Shown here: positions 12,257 to 24,679 of the stretch, piece by piece
How the letters are laid out: every line of letters begins with the position of its first letter
Numbering within the stretch: the stretch's first letter is position 1
NCBI GenBank assembly: GCA_951406725.2
Contig: OX597815.1
Location: 181,288,001 to 181,352,000, forward strand
Direction of reading: 5' to 3'
DNA length: 64,000 nucleotides
Source: Octopus vulgaris
Taxonomy: Eukaryota
Position numbers and translations under genes: made by a program
The notes under the pieces: generated by a model
Seen by the model: the letters and a program-made list of their open reading frames with translations, nothing else
Databases searched by the model: none
Told to the model about the DNA's origin: nothing

Positions 12257-12567
12257 TTACGGGATTTGATTGTCTATTTGCAAGCTTCCGATATTTGCCA
12301 TCAGAAAATTTTTGGTATAAAACTTAGTCTTGTAGTTTACAAGAGCTGTTTTGTTTTTGTTGGTAACTTTATATTGTCGGAATCTGAAAATTTGCATTTG
12401 CGAAAGTGATTTCTTCATGAAATTTGAACTTTTTTACAAGTTGCATTTTAACGAATTTTTTAATATACGATTAAAGGAATTCATATTTTGTGTAACAAGT
12501 CGAATCACTTGAAAGATGAAGATATATTTCTCTTAGCAAAAGGCATTATTCTTTTAGTCTTGGTTTT

Positions 12568-13072
12568 CTTTTCTATTCTAGGCACAAGGCCCGAAATTTT
12601 TTGACGGGGAGGAGGCCAGTCGATTAGATCGACCCCAGTACGCAACTGATACTTAATTTATCGACCCCGAAATGATGAAAGGCAAAGTCGACCTCGGCGG
12701 AATTTGAACTCAGAACGTAGCGGCAGACAAAAAACCGGCAAGCATTTCATCCGGCGTACTAATGTTTCTTATTTCTTTACTACCCACAAGGAGCTAAATA
12801 TAGAGGGGACAAACAAGGATAGACAAAGGGATTAAGTCGATTACATCGACCCTCAGTGCGCAACAGGTACTTAATTTATCGACCCCGAATGGCAAAGTCG
12901 ACCTCAGCGGAATTTGAACTCAGAACGTAACGACAGACGAAATACCGCTAAGAATTTCGCCCGGCGTACTAACGTTTCTTCCAGCTCGCCGCCTTGTAGT
13001 TCACATTTACTCTTTTCTACTCTAGGCACAAGGCCCGAAATTTTGGGGAAGGGAGCCAGTTGATTAGATCTC
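12568..13072 (-). mobile_element. SINE family B dimer plus adjacent tail fragment
   Basis: Family B body, head and tail motifs. Confidence 0.85.
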
Positions 13073-13660
13073 ACCACTCCTTTGTACACTATAAGGAGTT
13101 GATAGCCTATGTCGAACAACTGATGTCGGATGCAGAAAGAGTACGGCTCTCGACTGAGTCCATGATCAAGATCGTACCGCCTTCTTCCTTCAAAAAGGAA
13201 AAGAGGCCATACTGAAAGAAACAGTATGGACGACACGTGCGAAAGGAATTGCGACAGGTCATTTTATCTCCGGACTCGGGGTGGTAAGATATTTCAACAT
13301 CCACCTGTCCAGGAAGATCCGTCTGGACAAGTAGTGCCTGTCGCACAGTACGTTTGAAAAGATGGATGTCTGTGGTAACAAAGTTGAAAATGAATGTGGC
13401 CGTGCTAGCAAAGCCGGTCAGGACGAAAAGAAAGAAAAAAAAAAGAAGGAAAAAAACCCGGCGGGTTAAATAAGGAAAACCCGGAACATAATTTTTAGTT
13501 TTTATTCATATTTATATTTATTATTTCATCCAATTTCTTCAATTTCTTCGATTTTCTATTTTTCATTTCATTTCAAACGATTGGTAAGAATGTAAATGTT
13601 CGTGTGCGTCCTTTGTAATGTCCCTCTATGTACATTTGTTATCGGTTAATAGAGAATTAC
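13073..13660 (+). mobile_element. L1/Tx1-type LINE, ORF2 C-terminus and 3' UTR (decayed)
   Basis: Translates to ..KETVWTTRAKGIATGHFISGLGVVRYFNIHLSRKIRLDK*CLSHSTFEK-W, resembling the KxxIWxxR...FxxRW end of Tx1-type ORF2. Confidence 0.6.
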
Positions 13661-13849
13661 TCCCACTGACACTGCATCGAAGAGGCCAGAGAACAGGAGA
13701 AAGAAGGAGGCAGAAGAAATGTCGAAAACGGTAGAGAGGAGTAGGGGCCAAAACCGGATGTGGTTCCTCCTGATGATGTCTTTAGCCACTGGATTATACA
13801 AAGGAACTGTTGAGGTAGCAAACTACGAAACGCGGTTGGAATTCCTATC

Positions 13850-14225
13850 CTTTACATGTTTCAGTCATTAGATTGCGGCCATGCTTGAAGAATTCTTTTT
13901 TTTTTTTGTCGAATGAATCGATTCCAGCACTTTATTTTTACAACCTGGTATGTATTCTATCGGATTCCTTTGTCGAACCGCTAAGTTACGAGGACGTAAA
14001 CACACCAACACTGGTTGTTAATCGGTGTTTAGAAACAGACACAAAGACAAACACACACACATACATACTTATATACGTCGGGCTTCTTTCAGTTTTCGTC
14101 TATCAAATCCACTCACAAGCTTATCGTCAGCCCGAAGCTATAGAAGACACTTGCCCAAGGTACCATGTGGTGGGACTGAACCCGGAACCATGTGGTTGGG
14201 AAGTAAGCTTCTAACCACACAACCA
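13850..14225 (-). mobile_element. SINE family A
   Basis: Family A head, body and tail on the minus strand. Confidence 0.85.
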
Positions 14226-14985
14226 CCTTTCGGGTGTCTATGAGAAAGCTATAATTCTCTCTCCCCCCCTCTCTCTCTCTGTTAATTATAGTAATTTACG
14301 GAAGAAGAAGAGTTTGCATCAAATGGTGCTTTTTTCTTAAATAATTATATCTTAATCCTTAAATAATTGTAACGTTTTAGGAATTTCTGTCATACCATAA
14401 TTCCAGTTGTGTCGCAATGATAGATTCTTTTATTCTTTTATTTGTTTGAGTCATTTGACTGCGGCCATGCTGGAGCACCGCCTTGATGAATTTTTTTTTT
14501 TTTTTTGTGGTTCGGATATTTTAACATCTTTATTGCATTTATCAGACCCGGCAAATTTTTACGATGGAAACTGATTGAATTACAGGCTTGTATTCTTTTT
14601 TTTTTTTTCATGTTTTTACATCCAAATGTCAAGATTCTCATTCACATTTGTTGTTGTTTTAACATTAAGTGGAGACTTCGTGCTGATATAGCTATTTCAC
14701 ATTTATAGGGGATAAATCCTTACAAATATGAAATAGTGATATGATTGAACTATTTCTGTGACTTAGTCATAGAGATGCTTGAGAAACTAGTTGCTCACTG
14801 AAATATAATATATTTATCATAGTCTCACATGTAATTTTTCAGTGTCTCCAAACAACATAAATCTCTGAAGTAGAATCTGATAAACATTTCACCGCACTAC
14901 TCCAGAATTCTGTAACGATTCTTCCAAATCTCTATGTAGTTACCTAAAGCTAGTCTTCAAGATTTCATTATTAGTTCTGTAGATA

Positions 14986-15830
14986 AGGCGGCGAGCTGGC
15001 AGAAACGTTAGCACGACAGGTGAAATGACTTTGTGATATTTCGTCCGCCGCTGCTTTCTGTGTTCAAATTCCGCCGAGGTCGACTTGCCTTTCATCCTTT
15101 CGGGGTCGATAAATTAAGTACCAGTTACGCACTGGGGTTGATGTAATCAACTTAATCTTTTTGTCAGTCCTTGTTTGTCCCCTCTATGTTTAGCCCTTTG
15201 TGAGCAACAAATAAATAAATATATTTTCATACACAGGGTGGTGAACTGGCAGAATCGTTAGCACGCATTTCGTCTGTCGTTACGTTCTGAGTTCAAATTC
15301 TGCCGAGGTCAATTTTGCCTTTCATCCTTTCGGGGTCGATAAATTAAGTACCAGTTACTCACTGGGGTCAATATAATCGACTTAATCCGTTTGTCTGTCC
15401 TTGTTTGTCCTCTCTGTGTTTAGCCCCTTGTGGGTAGTAAAGAAATAGGTATTTCGTCTGCCGTTACGTTCTGAATTGAAATTCCGCCGAGGTCGACTTT
15501 GCCTTTCATCTTTTCGGGGTCGATAAATCAAGTACCAGTTACGCACTGGGGTCGATATAATCGACTTAATCCGTTTGTCTGTCCTTGCTTGTACACTCTA
15601 TGTTTAGCCCCTTGTGGACAATAAAGAACTAAGAAACGTTAGCACGCCGGGCAAAATGCTTATCGTATTTCGTCTGTCTTTACGTTCTGAGTTCAAATTC
15701 CGCCGAGACCGATTTTGCCCATCATCCTTTCCGGGTCGATAAATTAAGTACCAGTTGCGTACTGGGGTCGATATAATCGACTTGCCTCCTCCCCCAAAAT
15801 TTCGGGCATTGTGCCTAGAGAAGAAAAGAT
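14986..15830 (+). mobile_element. SINE family B cluster (tandem headed and headless units)
   Basis: Repeated ggcgagctggcagaaacgttagcacg heads and gcctttcatcctttcggggtcgataaa bodies. Confidence 0.85.
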
Positions 15831-16356
15831 TATTAGTTCTTTGGTTCTTCAAAAGCAGGGAAGCGCAGTTTTTATTAGACAGTTTCTTTTCTTGAAATTG
15901 TGAAGATGAAACAAGAAAGAGAAAAAAAATATATGCCAAACATTCTTGGTGGCCTCATTACCATTCCCAGTTTAGCCTGGGAAACATTATAACGCGATTC
16001 AGTGACTCACTAAAAAGGCTATTTATTTTGTTATGCTATTTGTTTATATATTTTTTATTTGTCAGGTCGTCCTTTATTTTTTATTTTTTTTACTAGAGAT
16101 TCAAAGTCTGTTTGGAAAATATAAGTTTAGCTGTCATAGAGATAAATCTAAGAATGCGTGATGGAACAGTGAGGCTGGTGCTAACCTGATTGTACGGGGG
16201 CTTTAAATAATTACAAACACACGCACACGCGCACAGACATATGCATTTATGTCTATTTAAAGTTTATATATATATGTGTGTGTGCGTGTATACACATGTA
16301 TACATATATATTGTATATACACACATACACACTGATATATATATATATATATATAT

Positions 16357-16767
16357 ACTCTTTTTTACTCTTTTACTTGTTTCAGTCATTTGACTGCGGC
16401 CATGCTGGAGCACCGCCTTTGGTCGAGCAAATCGACCCCGGGACTTATTCTTTGTAAGCCCAGTACTTATTCTATCGATCAGTTTTGCCGAACCGCTAAG
16501 TGACGGGGACGTAAACACTCCAGCACCGGTTGTCAAGCAATGCCAGAGGGACAAACACAGACACACAAACATATACACTCATACATACATATATATATAT
16601 ATACGACAGGCTTCTTTCAGTTTCCGTCTACCAAATCCACTCACAAGGCTTTGGTCGGCCCGAGGCTATAGCAGAAGATACTTGCCCAAGATGCCACGCA
16701 GTGGGACTGAACCCGGAACCATGTGGTTGGTTAGCAAGCTACTTACCACACAGCCACTCCTGCGCCT
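16357..16767 (-). mobile_element. SINE family A, full length
   Basis: Complete head (ggcgcaggagtggctgtgtgg) through to the tail (aaacaagtaaaagag) on the minus strand. Confidence 0.9.
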
Positions 16768-16832
16768 ATATATATTTGTAAAAAAGAAGTTTGAAAACGT
16801 CACTATATTAGATAAATTTTAATTTTCTTATG

Positions 16833-16880
16833 AATTTTACATGTTTCGGTTCTTGAAAAAACGAACTTTATCAAATATAT
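16833..16880 (-). ncRNA. Hammerhead-like motif (U3-A8 core variant) at the edge of a ~91 bp tandem duplication
   Basis: Minus strand reads TTGATAA-AGTTC-gttttttcaa-GAACC-GAAACATGTA. Stem I is weak. Confidence 0.4.
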
Positions 16881-17467
16881 TATAAAAAGTGCAATGGAAA
16901 AGTTCATAATCGCTTCTTACTGGTCTCAATAGAATCCATGTTCTTGAAAAAACGAACCTTATCAAATATATTATAAAAATTGCAATAGAAAAGTTCATAA
17001 TCGTTTCTTACTGTTCTCAATAGAATCCATGTGGTGGTGTTTTGTCGGTAGTTGGTATAAACACTATATTACTGTTGAGTGTAGTGAAGAAGTCCATTAT
17101 TGTTTCTTGTTGGTATCAAAAGGAAGCGCTTTTTTTTTTTTTGTTACCTTGTGTTCCAATGGTAGCAACAGTAGTGATTGTTTGTTGTTCGTAGTTATAG
17201 TAACCTGTGGCTGTTACTGTTGGCCGTAATTTTGGCAACCTTGTTGGTGGTTGGGGTTGTAGCAGTTAAGCTGTGGCAGCAGCAGTAGCAGTAGTGGTCG
17301 GTTCACTGGCACTGCTCACTGACGTCACATAATTCCAAACCAATCAAAACCAAACTTCAACGAATACAAGGAAAAGACCCATAACTGTATCCTGTAAGGA
17401 AACCAACCAAGCAGAACGACAAGCTTGACCACGGAAGAAAAACGTCATCAATGTTTTAACGAATCAA

Positions 17468-17589
<122 letters not shown>

Positions 17590-17817
17590 AAGGCGCAATG
17601 GCCCAGTGGTTAGGGCAGTAGACTCGCGGTCGTAGGATCACGGTTTCAATTCCCAGACCGGGCGTTGTGAGTGTTTATTGAGCAAAAACACCTAAAAAAT
17701 CCACGAGGCTCCGGCAGTGGATGGTGGCGATCCCTGCTGTACTCTTTCGCCACAACTTTCTCTCACTCTCTCTTCTGTTGGCCTGCGTAGCATCATCTGA
17801 TAGCCTAGTCGGTCACG

Positions 17818-17820
<3 letters not shown>
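17590..17820 (+). mobile_element. tRNA-derived SINE family C
   Basis: A box tggcccagtgg and B box ggtttcaattcc. The body is shared with 42529-42712. Confidence 0.8.
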
Positions 17821-17858
<38 letters not shown>

Positions 17859-17989
17859 ACGCATGCAAAGGTTATATAGAAAGCAATGCCAAGACGGGTA
17901 TAAGCATTTTAACAATTGGCATTGATCGTTCAAATCTTGATAGTGTATCTATTCTTCTATACAAATTTACTACTCAACATAGACTCCTT

Positions 17990-18370
17990 CATAACTGATG
18001 TATTTGGAGAGCGCCAGATCCGGGCTGTACGGTGGAAAAAAGAAACCCACTGACCAAACCAATTTGCCGAGTGCTCCGTTTATTGCTAAAGTTGTGTGTT
18101 GTACAATGTGGATAGATTTCAGGTTCTTGTTCTGCATCTGCCCCTCTGTGGTTTCTTAAGCGTCTTAGTGTACCACTCACTTTTCATGGTTGGGTCAACT
18201 TCTAGAAAACCAAGGAGAATGGGATACCCTTGTCCTCTCCTAAAACAATCACATAATTTTCTGTGCCGAGCGCTGACATTTGAACTTCTAAGAACTTGAG
18301 GTTTTGTGACTTTCAATGGACTGAGCCATGGTTTCCGGATAATAGAGATACCCCCACGCTCCATCTTCAG
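17990..18370 (-). mobile_element. mariner transposase catalytic-domain relic
   Basis: Minus strand gives ..ILLGFLEVDPTMKSEWYTKTLKK.. and, after a frameshift, PPYSPDLALS (mariner YSPDLAP motif). Confidence 0.8.
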
Positions 18371-18625
18371 TCACTAGCTTCGAAATAAAATATCATTGGT
18401 AATTTTTGGGCTTTACGTTTCACTATTTGATAGGAAGTCAAAATTTTCGCTATTTACCAATTATTTTTTCTAGTTATATATCGCTCTTTGCTTTTGTTTA
18501 TGCAAGATGTTTCCAATGAACATTATAGATGCTTAAAGATTTAAGGTTGTTTTTGGTTTGTGCTGGATCGCTTACAGGAACTAATTTTCCTTAAAGAAAT
18601 CGCTTTAGAATCATGCAAGTCCGAA

Positions 18626-19020
18626 CTAGAACTTCCACCCTGTCTGCCAATTCGCTCTCCAATTCTTCTCTGTCTGGGAGTCCGGTCCAAACCAAACAAA
18701 CTTAACAGGACCATCTGTCCAGTGACCCACGACACTGGGTGATGCCGGCTTGCTCCTCCAGGTGCCGAGGCGCAAGCCGATGGACTTGTCCTTGTTAACT
18801 TTTGCTCCCGCCACCGCCTCGTATCCTTTGATAGCACCCTCTACACAAGGTAGCTGAGCCTCATTGGACACAATGATGGTGACGTTATCCGTATAAGCAG
18901 AGATCGACTTACCGCATCCGATTTCATTGGGGGTGCGTCCCAAATTCTCCAGCTTCTTCAATAAAGGCTCAAGAGCCAAAACATACGGAAGCGGGGACAC
19001 TCTTGACGAACTGAGCGCTT
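18626..19020 (-). mobile_element. L1/Tx1-clade LINE reverse transcriptase fragment
   Basis: SVRQ..SPLPYVLALEPLL...SAYTDNVTIIVS...YEAVAGAKVNKDKS corresponds to RT motifs QGCPLSP, degenerate YADD and GAKINxxKS. Confidence 0.85.
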
Positions 19021-19090
19021 CGAATTATATATAGTTTTCAAAGTGACATCTAGTCACTGATTTATAAATTAGAAAATTACTATTTTTTTT

Positions 19091-19366
19091 ATCTCACAAC
19101 GTGAGATATTCAGCAACAGTACTTTGGAGTAAAGATTGCTTGCCAACATAACATGGCAGTCCTGGTTTAGGATTAATGTTGCTGTAATTTAGCCCCAGGA
19201 GTCATCGTCTCCAGCTGGCTATACGACACGATCTGTGTCCTTACATTTTCGAACAAGGGAATCTAGCATCCTCACCCAGCTCAAAACAATATATTTGTAA
19301 ATCAAAACAATATATTTATAATCATATTTATAAAGTACTGTTGCTGAATATCTCACGTTGTGAGAT
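19091..19366. repeat. 35 bp perfect inverted repeats enclosing about 206 bp (MITE-like)
   Basis: atctcacaacgtgagatattcagcaacagtacttt (19091-19125) and its reverse complement at 19332-19366. Confidence 0.8.
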
Positions 19367-20154
19367 TAAAAATTAGGCATTTTCTAATCTGTGGGTATGT
19401 TCAATAATCACATAATTGTCACTGCCCTCAGTCCTCCCAGCAAAGTTACGGCCCTTCAATAATTCCTCTGTCTTTAAACGTTCTATTCTAGATAAATTAG
19501 AATCGAGGAATTTCTGGTGTAAGTTATACTTGATGCCAGAAAGTTCAGATATTTCTGAGGTACTTTCATCAAATTCATCCATGTGTTTACGTGTCTTGAA
19601 TTCCAAGATATTTGTAGCAATGTAATAATACATTTGCTTGAAGTTTAACTAGGTATTAACTAGAGCTTCATGGAAAATGCAGATATTGCTGAGTCTTGGA
19701 GTTTGCCAATTTTCAGCTGTTTCGGAACTTAAGAATTATTTGTTGTAAACTATCCTCTAACAATCAGCTACAGCTTTACTCGTTCTAAGTAATCATCTGT
19801 CCAACATAGCTTCACACAAAAATTAAACACAGCAGTAATCACAGCTGTCACATTTTCGCATTATGACAAAGTAATTTTATGCCGGAAATTCTGGCGAAAC
19901 AATATCTTGTCTACCGGAAAACTCAGTTCACACCGTTACTGCAACAGCTGTATAGAACTATCATTCATTCTACCGATGGCGAAACGTCCTTTGCTGTAAA
20001 CTACGCATAGCAATACATTCGTGTTTCCTTCCATTATTTGCATATTTGCATTTTACATCTAAGTTTTTAAATTAATTTTTGTAAACTACATGTCTCGCCG
20101 TAGACTGCGCAGCTTGACGTGTAAGCAAAGTTAGTGACATCATTTTCAATCTTA

Positions 20155-20942
20155 TATCTTTATTGCCCACAAGGGGCTAAACATAGAGGGGACGAACAAG
20201 GACAGACAAACGGATTAAGTCGATTATATCGACCCCATGCGTAAATGGTACTTAATTTATCGACCCCGAAAAATTGAAAGGCAAAGTCGACCTCGGCGGA
20301 ATTTAAACTCAGAACGAAACGGCAAACGAAATACCTATTTCTTTACTACCCACAAGGGGCTAAACACAGAGGGGACGAACAAAGACAGACAAACGGATTA
20401 AGTCGATTACATCGACCCCAATGCGTAAATGGTACTTAATTTATCGACCCCGAAAGGATGAAAGGTAAAGTCGACCTCGGCGGAATTTGAACTCAGAACG
20501 TAACGGCAGACGAAATACACTAAGCTTGCCGTCTGAAAAATAATCTTTTCTACTCTAGGCACAAGACCTGAAATTTTGAGGAAAGGGGCCAATCGATTGG
20601 GTCGACCCCAGTACGCAATTGGTATTTAATTTATCGACCCCGAAAGGATGAAAGGCAAAGTCGACCTCGGTGGTATTTGAAGCCAGAACGTAAAGCTAGA
20701 AGCAATACCTATTTCTTTACTACCCACAAGGGGCTAAACACAGAGAGGACAAATAAGGATAGACAAACGGATTAAGTCGATTATATCGATCCCAATGCGT
20801 AACTGGTACTTATTTAATCGACCCCGAAAAGATGAAAGGTAAAGTCGACCTCAGCAGAATTTGAACTCAGAACGTAACTGCAGACGAAATACCTCTAAGC
20901 ATTTCGCCCGGCGTACTAACATTTCTGCCAGCTCGCCGCTTT
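20155..20942 (-). mobile_element. SINE family B, two multimeric copies
   Basis: Four body units with both tail types. Confidence 0.85.
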
Positions 20943-21063
20943 GACTTTGTACATAATTAATAAAATTATAATAAATGTGGTGTTAAATATAAATATCCAA
21001 ATGGAAATCATATATAGAATCTTAGAAATTTAATCCTAATCACCGGTTCAAATGAAATTACAA

Positions 21064-21110
21064 GAATCCGCCAGCCATTTTCGCTTTTATGGAAGCTCAT
21101 CAGAGATTCT
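21064..21110 (-). ncRNA. Degenerate type I hammerhead-like motif
   Basis: Minus strand reads GAATCT-CTGATGA-GCTT-ccataa-AAGC-GAAA-atggctg-GC-GGATTC. Stems I and II pair, but the cleavage triplet and stem III are non-canonical. Confidence 0.4.
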
Positions 21111-21487
21111 TTACTCGATCTGCAAGTGTTTCAGTTATGCAGAATAGATTTTTAAATGGAAAACGTCAACAACCTATTACAAAAGGAAAGAAGATCACTG
21201 TGCGTTGCAATGCTGACGACCGCGATTAAATAACAAAAGTACAGCGCAACATTGTTATGAAAAGATTTATATTATATTGAAACCGTATACGGAGTGGTTT
21301 ATTAACATATATTCGATTTCACTGTGAAAATACAACCTGTGGATAAGTCACAGAATATAGGGCGGCCATGAATGTGGAAACGTCCAATTAGTCCCCCCAT
21401 GCTTATATTTGAATATTATTTTATTAAACAGAGTCTATGTGATTTCCTGATACGTACATACATACAGACATACACGTCTGTATATAA

Positions 21488-21504
21488 GTATGTATGTATG
21501 TACG

Positions 21505-21538
<34 letters not shown>

Positions 21539-21805
21539 TGTATGTATGTATGTATGTGTGAGTGTATATGTATATATATGTATATATATATATGTATATA
21601 TATATGTATATATATATATGTATACATATGTATATATATATGTATATATATATATATATATGTATATGTATATATGTATATGTATATATGTATATGTATA
21701 AATGTATATGTATATATGTATATATATATATGTATATGTATATATATGTATATGTATATATATTTATATGTATATATATGCATATGTATATATATACATA
21801 TATAA

Positions 21806-21879
<74 letters not shown>

Positions 21880-21899
21880 GTATGTGTATATATATATAT
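21488..21899. repeat. Compound (TATG)n/(TA)n microsatellite
   Basis: Direct reading. Confidence 0.95.
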
Positions 21900-22111
21900 C
21901 TGATGACGGGGGTTTTGTCCTTGTGTAGCTCGTCCTGTAATTGTTTTTCGTTTTTCGTTTTCTTGTTTTTTGTTTTTTTGCTTTTTCCGTTTCTACGTCT
22001 TATTGTGATGTCCTGTACTCACGTATAATTATATATATATGCATGTATATATACATGTAGATGTAGGTACGTACATATATGTTTGTATGTATGCATATAT
22101 TTTTATTTATC

Positions 22112-22156
<45 letters not shown>

Positions 22157-22833
22157 ATAAGAGTAAATAATTTCTATAAAGGCTTTTAAAAAAAACCCAA
22201 TTATTTACTGGTAGAATTCGGTATGTAAATATAGCCGATTACCGGCAGGAACTTCTGTAAAGTTCAGTATATATATTGTATATAAGAAAAAGGGACAGGC
22301 AACAGGTTGCCCGACCGCATACCGAAAAAATAGAAATAGCAGTCAAGAATGCTTATTTCTATCAAAGTTGGACTCCGGGCACGACAAACCCTGTAATTCA
22401 CATATGCAAAACAGAAGGAATAGATAACGAAAACGAAGTCTGGTGGTTATCTGTGAACATCATGTTTCTAGATTATAAACATATTGAATATATATTTCAT
22501 ATATATTTTTGATATATATTTCATATACATTGCATATATATTTCACATCCTTCTTCAGCACAGCTTTCCATTGAAAAAGATTTATCATAGATTTATCAAA
22601 TGCTACGTACCTCAAACCTTCTGACCATGCGACATCAAAATATTTGAAGAAAGTGAGCAAAAGCTAAACCTACATAGACGTTTGAATTCGTAAATCTTCC
22701 CTCCAAAATTTTGCCATGCGCACTACAAAAATAGTTCCATAAGATTGGGAACTATTGGGTTGTCATAAGGGAGTGAAAAATCCAAATAGTAATATAATAA
22801 TAAGAGTAAATAATGCGGTCGGGCAACCTGTTT

Positions 22834-22897
<64 letters not shown>

Positions 22898-23719
22898 GAA
22901 AATAAGACAAGGTAGAAAATGTTAAAATAATTTTATCATGAAGAACATTTTAGTGCCGATTTCAATGTTTGCGACTTTTCAACTCGGAGTAAAGCATTAA
23001 AAGCAATTAAATTGGGGAAAAATTAAATGAGATATTTAAAAAAAATATTTCTTTAGTTTTCAAATGCAAGGGACATTTTCCTTTTTTTTTTCTGTCTGAC
23101 TCTATCTCTCTTTAGTACTCTAGTGGGTTCTAGGTGGTTAGTTGCAGCTAGTTTAATATTAATTCTTGTCTTTCACGCGCGCACATACACACACACACAC
23201 ACACATGTATGTGCATACGTGAATACACGCACAAACTCAAACCTACAAATACAGACATATATATATATATATATTCACGTGCCCACTTTTGCAGGAGTTA
23301 CACATGTCTGGCAAATGACTTGAGCTGAGATTTTGTCTCGGCAATGGAACAATTACATTGTGAAAGTCCCATTTTAGTAACTTAAGGAGACAGAACATGC
23401 GATGCTTTTGCTTATTTTTAATAGAAATTTTGTATTTGTTACTTGCAGTAGAATTGTATTGGTGACTAGTTTTCAGAAATGCAATTTCATGTTCGACAAT
23501 ATTCTCAAGAAATACACGAAAAGGGGTCACATGTGATTCTATTTTCTTAAATCGCTAAAACAACTCCTTTGCGCTGCAAATGATCTCCTCCTCTCCCTCA
23601 CTATATACGCACGCTAACACACATATGCATGCATACGTACGTACATACATACATACATACATACATACATACATACATACATACATAGAACACTGACACA
23701 TACGTGTATGTGTGTGCGC

Positions 23720-24080
23720 GTAGGCGCATAGTTAATGGTTCAATTCTACTGTGTAGCACCTTGGGCAAATATCTTCTACTATAGCCTCGGGCCGACTAAA
23801 GCCTAATGAATGGATTTGGTAGACAGAAACTGAAAGAAGCCCGTCATATATATATATCTGTGTGTGTGTATGTGTGTGTGAGTGTGTGCTTGTCACCCAC
23901 CACCGCTTGACAACCGGTACTGTTGTGTTTACGTCCCCATAACTTAGTGGTTAGGCAAAAGAGACTGATAACACACCAGACTTTAAGAAAATAAGTGCTG
24001 AGGTCGATACACTGGACTGAAATTTCAAATTGGTACCCCAGCTTGGCCGCAGTCAAATGACTGAAACAAGTAAAATATAA
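23720..24080 (+). mobile_element. SINE family A, diverged
   Basis: accttgggcaaatatcttc...gaaactgaaagaagcccgtc...gcagtcaaatgactgaaacaag. Confidence 0.8.
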
Positions 24081-24081
24081 A

Positions 24082-24157
<76 letters not shown>

Positions 24158-24679
24158 CAGATATATATGTTATACACACACATATATATATGCATTTACA
24201 TATCAATATGTGTATGTGAGTATATGTGTGTATATATATATATATATAGACTGTCTATAAATTACCTTTACATTTTGAAAAATTCAGAAAAAATGAAACA
24301 TAATGGTAACTCACCAAATTCTATTGGGAAACATAGACAAATCAATACAGTTTTATTACAAAGGCCAGAACACTTCTGCGTGATTATTTCACAAAGCTGT
24401 CTTTAACCGCAATGACGATCTTAATGTCGCGACAGAAGCGACTCTATGACTGATTTTTGTTCATGCTATCCATCACAGCCACGATGGTCAACTTCAAAAT
24501 ACCTTCCCTATTGTGAATCTATCGGCTGGACAACCTCTCTACGACTTACCAGATGTATTACTCCATGGGTTTAAAAGAAAAGAGGTTGGAGTCACGTGCT
24601 ACAGGATCACATCTTGAAAATTTTAGCCAGCCACTAATGAGTTGTGTGGACTATATGTCAAAGAGCAGAGACCTTCTAC

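Noticed and set aside
21372-21903. Long ORFs rich in Y/I/M/C/V/H/T (also 43.5-46.6 kb, 58.3-59.1 kb and 61.3-61.8 kb)
   Set aside because: They are translations of stop-free TA/CA/TATG microsatellites.
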